Source: Spirochaetia bacterium (GTDB taxonomy: Bacteria > Spirochaetota > Spirochaetia > CAKZLE01). From it: a DNA stretch of 64,000 nt. The notes under the pieces are model-generated. The model was not told the origin of the DNA. It worked only from the letters and a program-made list of their open reading frames with translations, and searched no databases. The stretch is taken from NCBI GenBank assembly GCA_963677595.1, contig OY782041.1, positions 64,001 through 128,000 of the forward strand. Direction: 5' to 3'. The stretch's first letter is position 1, and each line of letters opens with the position of its first letter. Positions 42,939 through 50,713 of the stretch are shown piece by piece. The translations under genes and the position numbers were made by a program.

Positions 42939-43451
42939 CTACATCCTCCTGCTGTCATAGGCCCAGTGCAGCAGGGCCTGACGCTGCCGAGGCCGGCAGC
43001 CGAGGTCCCCTTTGGGGCAATGCTTCTGCAGCTGGGAAATATGACGTTTCATGGCCTTCCAGCGGGTGACCTGCCTCGCATCATCCTCACCCCTCCGTCC
43101 CATATAGTACCGGCAGTACCACTGGAACCAGCCCCTTGGGTCATCCGGGTGGATCCACCCCTTCTCTCTCCAGTACTGCAGGGGCTTCGATGCATCAACC
43201 CCGAAGAAGTTGAGAGAGGGGTCCTTACCTCCTGTGCTGAACACGGCATGGGTGAACCAGGAGTGAGGGAACTCATCAGTGCAGTCCCTCATGTAGACAC
43301 CGCCGAAGACTCCGAGGGAGAGCATCTGCGCAGGGGTGAGCTCAGGAGTGAACCCCTGCGCGAAGTGCTCCCCGATCGGTTCGCTCCGGAAGTAGCTGTA
43401 CCCATCCTGCATCTTGTCATGCACGACGACCCGTATCATCTCACAGAGCAT
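42939..43451 (-). CDS. Conserved hypothetical protein
   Basis: FTPELTPAQMLSLGVFGG, NFFGVDAS, DPRGWFQWYCRYYMGRR, RQALLHWAYD. Overlaps the stop of the Fe-S gene; alternative start 43439. Confidence 0.75.
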   Translation of the reverse strand: MLCEMIRVVVHDKMQDGYSYFRSEPIGEHFAQGFTPELTPAQMLSLGVFGGVYMRDCTDEFPHSWFTHAVFSTGGKDPSLNFFGVDASKPLQYWREKGWIHPDDPRGWFQWYCRYYMGRRGEDDARQVTRWKAMKRHISQLQKHCPKGDLGCRPRQRQALLHWAYDSRRM

Positions 43452-44112
43452 CAGCCTCCCTCCTCAACTGCGTTATATGCTTCCCGGGGGCTACCCCCGC
43501 AGGGCAGACCCTGCTGCAGGCGAAATGGCTCTCGCAGGCATCGACCCCCTCAGGACCGTAGGCGGCAGCTCTCAGCTCCTCGATCTCTTCGGGCTCCTCA
43601 CGCTTGGACAGTTCCCGGTGTACTGCGGCAAGCGGTGCCGGCCCGATGAACGGGCCGCTCACGGGGCAGGCGCTCATGCAGCTCCCGCACTCGATGCAGT
43701 CCTCGAAGCGGGTCCATCCCGCTATGCTGTCGGGAGGGACGGCCCCTGTGCCGGTCCCGCTCTCCCGAAGGTAGGAGTGCACCGGCATCCTCTGCACCAT
43801 CGAGGAGATGTCGACAACGAGGTCTGCTACCAGGGGGAATCCCCGGAGCGGTTCGATGGTGAGGGGCCCTTCCGGCAGGCCGGTGAGGAAGGTCATGCAG
43901 GCCAGCCGCTCCGTACCGTTGATGAGGCAGGCACAGGTACCGCAGGAGCCGTGATGGCAGGAATGGCGGTACTGCAGGGTCGAATCCATCGTGAAGCGGA
44001 TCTCCTCGAGGGCATCGAGGACGGTGAGTCCCTCCTCGAGTTCGAGGGTGAAATCGACAGAGTCCCCTCCCGTGCGTTTGATGGTGAAGGTGAATTTCCT
44101 ACTGCTTCCCAT
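43441..44112 (-). CDS. SdhB/FrdB-like iron-sulfur protein
   Basis: SCHHGSCGTCA...RLAC (2Fe-2S), CIECGSCMSACP (4Fe-4S), CESHFACSRVCP (3Fe-4S type). Confidence 0.88.
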   Translation of the reverse strand: MGSSRKFTFTIKRTGGDSVDFTLELEEGLTVLDALEEIRFTMDSTLQYRHSCHHGSCGTCACLINGTERLACMTFLTGLPEGPLTIEPLRGFPLVADLVVDISSMVQRMPVHSYLRESGTGTGAVPPDSIAGWTRFEDCIECGSCMSACPVSGPFIGPAPLAAVHRELSKREEPEEIEELRAAAYGPEGVDACESHFACSRVCPAGVAPGKHITQLRREADAL

Positions 44113-45295
44113 GATAGCCTCCTGCAATGAACTCCCGGTGTGACGGCAGGATGAACTCTTCACTCCTGCAGGGCTCCGTGATGCTGAGGCGGCTGCATAC
44201 CATTTCGGCGGCAGCGGACCCCATCCCCCTGAGCGTCGTGGCCTTGCCGCCTGCGATACTCACCAGGTTGGGGATCCCGTCCGCCGTGCTGTGGTCCACC
44301 GCCATGAAGTCGCGGCTCAGCGTCCGCACATCCGCTGTCGTGTCGGAGACCCCGAAGAGGGGTCTGGCAGCTGCCCAGGCCGTATGGCGCGGCTGGCTGC
44401 TGAATCCGGGGAACATGGCATCCGCTGAATCGAGGAGGAACGAGATATCGCCATTGGGGATCCTCACGATGTCGGGGTCGTCCGAGAGGTATTGGGTGGA
44501 ACCGATGATCGTCAGGCCCCTCTGCGGCACGATGATATCGCCGTCACCGGCGGGGTGGAGCCTGCTCACCACCATATTGGACAGACGGCCTTTCACCGCC
44601 AGCATGGTACCCGGGGAGGGCGAGACCTGCAGGGAAGCCCCTGCCATCTGCGCGATCCGGCCAGCCCACGGGCCTGCCGCGTTGATATAGGCATCGCCGA
44701 TGAGCAGCCGCTCTTCTCCCGTCGTATGGTCGAGCACCCTGAGGGCGGTTATCGCTCCTTCATGGGTCTCTATATCGATCACCTCCGTGTAGGGGCAGAT
44801 CTCGGCAAGCCCGGTCCTCATGGCACCCGCGGCGAAGCTGATCACCAGGCGCCAGGGGTCCAGGGTACCGTCCGGGACCAGCACGGCTCTCCTGATCGTC
44901 GGGGCAAGGGACTTCTCGTAGGCAAGGGCCCTGCTGACAGAAACTTCCTCCGCGGGTATGCCGCTCTCCCGGCAGGCCTCGATGAATTCTTCGGTATACT
45001 GCGCATCCTTATCATCCACTGCAACAAAGAGCCCCATATTATACTCCACGGCCTCCGGGGCGATCTTTCTGAGGACCGCACTCTCGTGCATGCACTCCCG
45101 TGCGATGTTCCGGTCCCCCATCGCATACCGTGCCCCGCAGTGAAGCTGCCCGTGATGCCGCCCGGTGGTCCCCGAGGTCAGTTCACCCCGTTCGACCAGG
45201 GTGACCGACACTCCCCTGAGGGTGAGGTCGTACATGGCGGCAATACCCGTACCCCCTCCCCCGATGATGACGACGTGCCCGGTCTCTCTCCTCAT
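44099..45295 (-). CDS. FAD-dependent oxidoreductase, anaerobic glycerol-3-phosphate dehydrogenase GlpA-like
   Basis: IIGGGGTG, SGTTGRHHGQLHCGARY, INAAGPW, GDGDIIVP, GGKATTLR. Confidence 0.85.
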   Translation of the reverse strand: MRRETGHVVIIGGGGTGIAAMYDLTLRGVSVTLVERGELTSGTTGRHHGQLHCGARYAMGDRNIARECMHESAVLRKIAPEAVEYNMGLFVAVDDKDAQYTEEFIEACRESGIPAEEVSVSRALAYEKSLAPTIRRAVLVPDGTLDPWRLVISFAAGAMRTGLAEICPYTEVIDIETHEGAITALRVLDHTTGEERLLIGDAYINAAGPWAGRIAQMAGASLQVSPSPGTMLAVKGRLSNMVVSRLHPAGDGDIIVPQRGLTIIGSTQYLSDDPDIVRIPNGDISFLLDSADAMFPGFSSQPRHTAWAAARPLFGVSDTTADVRTLSRDFMAVDHSTADGIPNLVSIAGGKATTLRGMGSAAAEMVCSRLSITEPCRSEEFILPSHREFIAGGYHGKQ

Positions 45296-45547
45296 GCATT
45301 TCCCTCCTCACTCCTCTGGACAATCTCCATCATACCACATAAGATGGTATCAGACACGAATAAGAAGGAGTGCCGAGGCAGATGAGGATATAAGAAGGAG
45401 TAGCTTACATACAGTTCGATGTAATCATACTCTTCGTACGTCTCATCATTATGTGACCGGGCACTGCATGACCAATCTGGATAACATTCCGTAATACAGA
45501 CAATCCGTGCGTCTTTCCAGTGCCCGTACCAGGTACTGGAGGTATCT

Positions 45548-47029
45548 ATGTATATACAGGTGACTGATCTTTCTTTCGGCTGGGATTCCCCGCTCATCCT
45601 GAACTTGAGCTGCAGGTTCGAGACAGGCTGGACCGGGATCACAGGAGTGAACGGCTCGGGGAAGACGACGCTGCTGAACCTGCTTACCGGAGGGCTCCTG
45701 CCGGAATCAGGCGACATCCAGGTCGCGGGGAGTCTCCTCTACTGCAGGCAGGTACCGGAACCATTCCCTGCAGAAGCAGAAAGTCTCTTCGATGACTACT
45801 CAGCCGAAGCGTATCGGGTGAAGCGCCTCTATGGGCTGGAAGAGGTCTGGCGATACCGCCCGGAGACTTTGAGCCATGGGGAGCGTAAGCGGATACAGGT
45901 CGCTGCCGCGATCTGGCTCGCCCCTGACATCCTCATCCTCGATGAACCGACGAACCACCTGGACTCAGAGAGCAAGGCGGTGCTCACTGCAGCACTCAAG
46001 CAGTTTCGGGGGGTCGGGATCATCGTAAGCCATGACCGGCAGCTCCTCGATGAACTGACGAACCGGACACTCTTCCTGGAGCCGCCGGGTCATGACCTGC
46101 GGGAACAGCCCTATTCTGAAGCTGTGAAGGTTCGTGATGAGGAAGCAGCATGGAATGCTTCGAGGAGGGCTTCCCTCCAGAAGCAGATCCGAAGGCTGGA
46201 GGGGCAGGCGGCAGCGTACAGGAGACTTGCCCGAGGGGCAGACAAGAGGAGTTCCAAGAGCCGCCTTGACCCGAAGGACCATGACGGACGGCTGAAGCTC
46301 GACTGCGCACGGCTCCTCGGGAAGGATGCCATGCATGGGAAGATGCTCAACCAGCTACAGGGCCGCATCCGGCAGGAGCAGGAGAAGGCAGATGCACTTC
46401 TCCTTACAAAGAGACCGACCTTCGATTTCGCCCTTCACTTCACCCCGGACAGACGCAGGTACCAGTTCATGCTCGAAGAAGGAGAGATCCGTATGGGGGA
46501 TAAACTGCTCACCTACCCTGACCTTTCTCTGGGGAGCGGGGACCATGCAGCCCTGACCGGAGTGAACGGGTCGGGGAAATCGACCCTCCTCAAGATGATC
46601 TATCCCCACTGCAGGGAGGAGGAGACGCTGTACATCCCCCAGGAGATCCCTGCTGCAGGGCAGGATTCGTTCTTCCGCAGGGTCAACAGCCTCCCGAACC
46701 ATGACCGGGGGGAGCTCTATGCCATCATGGCTGCGCTCGGGTCAGATCCCAGGCGAGTCCTCGCCGCGGAGTCACCGAGCCCCGGGGAACTCAGGAAGCT
46801 GCTGATCGCTGACGCCATACGGGGTCAGATCGCCCTGATGATCCTGGATGAGCCCACGAACCACCTGGACCTGAAGTCCATCGAAGCCCTGGAGTCTGCA
46901 CTCTCAGCATACCGGGCAGCACTTCTTCTGGTGAGCCATGATGCGTACTTCCTGCAGGGGACGACGGACCGTCGATGGGAGATCACAGAAGGAGAGCCTG
47001 ATACGTATACGCTCAGGATACGAAGCTGA
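45548..47029 (+). CDS. ABC-F family ATP-binding protein
   Basis: Two NBDs (GVNGSGKT/S; LDEPTNHLD twice; VSHD), inter-domain linker, no TM domain. Confidence 0.9.
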   Translation: MYIQVTDLSFGWDSPLILNLSCRFETGWTGITGVNGSGKTTLLNLLTGGLLPESGDIQVAGSLLYCRQVPEPFPAEAESLFDDYSAEAYRVKRLYGLEEVWRYRPETLSHGERKRIQVAAAIWLAPDILILDEPTNHLDSESKAVLTAALKQFRGVGIIVSHDRQLLDELTNRTLFLEPPGHDLREQPYSEAVKVRDEEAAWNASRRASLQKQIRRLEGQAAAYRRLARGADKRSSKSRLDPKDHDGRLKLDCARLLGKDAMHGKMLNQLQGRIRQEQEKADALLLTKRPTFDFALHFTPDRRRYQFMLEEGEIRMGDKLLTYPDLSLGSGDHAALTGVNGSGKSTLLKMIYPHCREEETLYIPQEIPAAGQDSFFRRVNSLPNHDRGELYAIMAALGSDPRRVLAAESPSPGELRKLLIADAIRGQIALMILDEPTNHLDLKSIEALESALSAYRAALLLVSHDAYFLQGTTDRRWEITEGEPDTYTLRIRS

Positions 47030-47079
47030 TATCGCGGTGTTTATGCCTAAAGAGATGCTCTTTTCGTTCCTGTACTCGC

Positions 47080-47562
47080 CTACTCCCTCTTTGCTGCACG
47101 TATCATGAGGACGGGGACCGTACCGGCTCGCAGGACCTTGTCGGTGACGCTGCCGAAAGCCCAGCGGCTGAAGCCGGAACGACCGTGGGTCGACATGGCT
47201 ACCAGGTCGCAGCCGAGCTCCTCCTCTGCCTTCACGATCTCCTCAGCCGGGTGGTTGTTCCCGGAGAGGACGAGGGTCTCGACCTCTGCCCCGCAGCCTT
47301 TCAGTCTTGCCGCGGCATGCTCAAGGTAGGCCTTTGACTCAGCCTGAAGCTTCTCCATCTCCTCATGGGTATAGGGGACGAATACCGCACCGTCGGAACC
47401 GCTCGTGACATCGAGCTGATGGGTCAGCGAGGTGATGACATGCAGCAGGACGACGGTGACGTGTTCGGTAGGCGATAACCTGGAGATTAGGGTGTTTACG
47501 TAATCGAGAGCAGCTTCCCCAAGTCCTGATCCATCGAGTGGGACCAAAATCTTCTCTGACAT
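47080..47562 (-). CDS. Universal stress protein (copy 1)
   Basis: KILVPLDGS, MSTHGRSGFSRWAFGSVTDKVLR. Confidence 0.95.
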   Translation of the reverse strand: MSEKILVPLDGSGLGEAALDYVNTLISRLSPTEHVTVVLLHVITSLTHQLDVTSGSDGAVFVPYTHEEMEKLQAESKAYLEHAAARLKGCGAEVETLVLSGNNHPAEEIVKAEEELGCDLVAMSTHGRSGFSRWAFGSVTDKVLRAGTVPVLMIRAAKRE

Positions 47563-47738
47563 AGCGCTCCTCCATATATCTCACGTATACTACCAGAGAT
47601 ATGCACTTTCACGGGGAAGGAGCTTCATCACATCATGAGCGTGTTCGAGGAGAACGACCGAGTACCATGGGCACTGGGCCATACCCCCGATACCACGGTC
47701 TCAGCTTAATGAGAAAGACGCTTCAATGGATCGTGGGC

Positions 47739-48218
47739 CTACTCTTTCTTCGCGGCACGCACCATGAGGACGGGGACCTTACCTGCACGCAGGACCTTGT
47801 CGGTGACACTGCCGAATGCCCAGCGGCTCAGGCCGGAACGGCCGTGTGTGGACATGGCTACCAGGTCGCACCCCATCTCCTCTTCTGCCTTCACGATCTC
47901 CTCAGCCGGGTTGTTGCCGACGATCACATGGGCTTCCACCTCAGCACCGCAGCTCTTCAGTTTCCCTGAGGCCTTGTCGAGGTAGGCCTTGGACTCGGCC
48001 TCCATCTTCTCCATCTCTTCCGGGGTATAGGGGATGATGACCGTCCCGACCCCGCCGCTGTGGACATCGAGCTGATGGGTCAATGAGGTGATGACATGCA
48101 GCAGGACGACTGTGACATGCTCGGTAGGCGATAACCTGGAGATAAAGGTGTTAACGTAATCGAGAGCAGCTTCCCCAAGTCCTGATCCATCCAATGGAAC
48201 CAAAATCTTCTCTGACAT
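47739..48218 (-). CDS. Universal stress protein (copy 2)
   Basis: Same motifs. True start ATG 48218 after GGAGGAG, identical 5' context to copy 1. Confidence 0.95.
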   Translation of the reverse strand: MSEKILVPLDGSGLGEAALDYVNTFISRLSPTEHVTVVLLHVITSLTHQLDVHSGGVGTVIIPYTPEEMEKMEAESKAYLDKASGKLKSCGAEVEAHVIVGNNPAEEIVKAEEEMGCDLVAMSTHGRSGLSRWAFGSVTDKVLRAGKVPVLMVRAAKKE

Positions 48219-48282
48219 AGCGCTCCTCCCTGTACCTAAAGTGTAGTACCAGCTATATGCAAAATCAAGGGAAGTTGCATAA

Positions 48283-48468
48283 AATAAGAATGAAAGCTGT
48301 TGGGAGAAGCGAGTTTCCTTCCCTAACGAGATGATCGGTGCCAGTCTCGGTATCGCAGCCTCCAGGGAGCACGACAACGACTTCGATGAAGTCCTCAAGG
48401 CAGCCGACAGCGATATGTACCGGCAGAAAGCGATCCATAAACAGAACCGGCACGCATCCCAGACGTGA
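48283..48468 (+). pseudogene. Remnant C-terminus of a GGDEF (diguanylate cyclase) domain
   Basis: Manual translation ...MIGASLGIAASREHDNDFDEVLKAADSDMYRQK...; matches the SxGIA...AD.aMY.aK end of GGDEF. In-frame TAA at 48280, no GGDEF motif. Confidence 0.75.
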
Positions 48469-48531
48469 CGAGAGCACGGCCGTTCCGGCCGTGCTCCCTG
48501 TATGCATCACATGAGTGGATGAGTATTCAGA

Positions 48532-49824
48532 TCACTCATCCTCCTTCTTCTTGAGACTCGGGGGCAGGATCAGGTTCAGGAGGATACCCACGAAGGTCGC
48601 GAGTGCCACGCCACCCAGCTCGAAGGAGAGGGATTCGCTGATCGGGAAGAAGATCCTCCCGCCGCCGATCCCGATGACCAGGATGACTGAGGTGATCGTG
48701 AGGTTGCGCTTGCATGAGTAGTCCACTCCGCTCTCCACGACGGTCCTGATACCGGCGCTCGCGATGATCCCGAAGAGCATCATCGAGATACCTCCCATGA
48801 CGGGAGTGGGGATGGTCGAGATGATGGCCCCTACCTTCTGGATGAAGGAGAGCAGCAGGGCGAAGACAGCAGCGCCTCCGATGACCCAGACACTGTAGAC
48901 TTTCGTGATGGCCATGACACCGATGTTCTCGCCGTAGGTGGTGTTCGGCGGTCCCCCGAAGAGGGATGCGAATGCGGTGGCGACACCGTCACCGGCAAGG
49001 GTCCGGTGGAGACCCGGGTCCTTGTAGAAATCGCGTCCGACGACCTTGCTGACTACCATGGTATCGCCGAGGTGCTCGGCGATGGTCGCGAAGGAGACGA
49101 GGAGGAAGGTCACGATCGGCACCAGCCCGAACTTCGGCATGACGAACTTCGGGAGCCCGAACCATGCTGCATCGTTGATCGTCTGGAAATCGATGAGCGC
49201 GAAGGACGGGAACATGAGCCCCATGATCAGGGTGAAGATATACCCGCCGATGATGGCGATGAGGATCGGGATGACGGTGAAGAAGCCCTTCATCACGATG
49301 CTGCAAAAGATGGCGATCGCCAGGGTGACCACGGCGATCAGGGCATAGCTGCCGCTGTAGCCGTTCGCTGCATCAGCTAACGGGTACATCGCCATGTTCA
49401 TGGCGGTCGGTGCCAGGTTGAGCCCGATGACGATGATGACCGAGCCGATCACTACCGGCGGGATGATGCGGTCGAGCCAGCCTACCCCGAACCTGCTGAT
49501 GATCGCGGAAACGATCACGTAGAAGATACCGACGCAGAAGGCGGCACCCATCGCATAGGCGACCCCGTGTGAGCCGCTGATGGTGATCAGCGGTACGATG
49601 AAGGCGAAGGAGGAACCAAGGTAGGTCGGGACCTTCCCCTGGGTGATCAGGATGTAGATCAGTGTTCCCATACCTGAGGTGAAGAGTGCTACCGAGGGAC
49701 TCAAGCCCGTAAGCAGCGGGACCAGGACAGTTGCCCCGAACATGGCGAAGACGTGCTGAAGACTGAGCGGTATCCACTTCTTCAGTTCCGGCTTCTGTGC
49801 GACATCGATGATTTCGTGTGACAT
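48532..49824 (-). CDS. uraA: Uracil/xanthine permease (NCS2), UraA/PyrP-like
   Basis: QHVFAMFGATVLVP, YLGSSFAF, AEHLGD, PNTTYGENIGV. Confidence 0.92.
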   Translation of the reverse strand: MSHEIIDVAQKPELKKWIPLSLQHVFAMFGATVLVPLLTGLSPSVALFTSGMGTLIYILITQGKVPTYLGSSFAFIVPLITISGSHGVAYAMGAAFCVGIFYVIVSAIISRFGVGWLDRIIPPVVIGSVIIVIGLNLAPTAMNMAMYPLADAANGYSGSYALIAVVTLAIAIFCSIVMKGFFTVIPILIAIIGGYIFTLIMGLMFPSFALIDFQTINDAAWFGLPKFVMPKFGLVPIVTFLLVSFATIAEHLGDTMVVSKVVGRDFYKDPGLHRTLAGDGVATAFASLFGGPPNTTYGENIGVMAITKVYSVWVIGGAAVFALLLSFIQKVGAIISTIPTPVMGGISMMLFGIIASAGIRTVVESGVDYSCKRNLTITSVILVIGIGGGRIFFPISESLSFELGGVALATFVGILLNLILPPSLKKKEDE

Positions 49825-49888
49825 ACAAACCCCTTTTGTGTGTATTTTGTTATGGTGTTGTTGCAGGATGTCTCAGGAGGTGTCATCT

Positions 49889-49984
49889 TCAAGACAAAAA
49901 AATAGGTCTTTCCGCTCCTGATCGAGCAGAAAAACCTCTGTCTATCCAACTAACCCTTTGATTACATCTTACAAATTCAACCAT
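49889..49984 (-). promoter_or_regulatory. Candidate leader peptide (31 aa) with overlapping intrinsic terminator (attenuator)
   Basis: ATG 49984 to TGA 49889: MVEFVRCNQRVSWIDRGFSARSGAERPIFLS. Contains a 14-bp stem AGGUUUUUCUGCUC/GAGCGGAAAGACCU plus AUUUUUUU. Confidence 0.5.
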
Positions 49985-50019
49985 GCTAGAATTATTCTTA
50001 CAATGAATCTGACAGATTG

Positions 50020-50712
50020 TCAAGGAATGAAACGGTACCCCATCCCCCTGACCGTCCGTATATGGTTCGGGTTCTCCGATTCATCGAGGTGGTACCGCAG
50101 CTTCGCGATATGGACATCGACCGTCCTGGTATAGATGCTGGAATCATACCCCCACACATCATCAAGGATCTTATCCCGTGAGAGGATCTCCTCGGGATGG
50201 AGCGCGAGGTACTCGAGCAGCCGGTACTCCTGGGCGTTCAGGGGAATGGGCTGCCCGTCACACGTGAGGATGCCCCGCAGCCGGTCCAGGGTATACCTGC
50301 CGAAGCTGATGGAATCGGCCTCTTCCTCTGGTTTGGCTGCAGGAGCTGCGGCAGACCGTCTCAGGGCAGCTTCGATCCTCGCAAGGAGCACCCCCATATC
50401 GAAGGGCTTCATCACATAATCGTCAGCACCCTGCTGCAGACCCATGATCACGTCGATGTTCGTGTTCCGGGCTGTGAGCATGATGATCGGGCTGGCAGTA
50501 CCATGTTCCCGCAGATGCCTGCAGACGGTGAATCCGTCCCGACCGGGAAGCATCACGTCGAGCAGGATGAGGTCATGGCTGCCGGCCTTGGCCGCCTCCT
50601 CACCCCGGATGCCGTCGCCCTTCACCTCCACCTCATAGCCTTCGGCCACGAGTCTATCCTCCAGCGTCATCTGGACTCCAGGTTCATCTTCTATGATCAG
50701 TATCTTTGCCAT
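50020..50712 (-). CDS. OmpR/PhoB-family response regulator
   Basis: KILIIEDE, LLDVMLP, GADDYVMKPF, RTVDVHI, TVRGMGY. Confidence 0.95.
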   Translation of the reverse strand: MAKILIIEDEPGVQMTLEDRLVAEGYEVEVKGDGIRGEEAAKAGSHDLILLDVMLPGRDGFTVCRHLREHGTASPIIMLTARNTNIDVIMGLQQGADDYVMKPFDMGVLLARIEAALRRSAAAPAAKPEEEADSISFGRYTLDRLRGILTCDGQPIPLNAQEYRLLEYLALHPEEILSRDKILDDVWGYDSSIYTRTVDVHIAKLRYHLDESENPNHIRTVRGMGYRFIP

Positions 50713-50713
50713 C

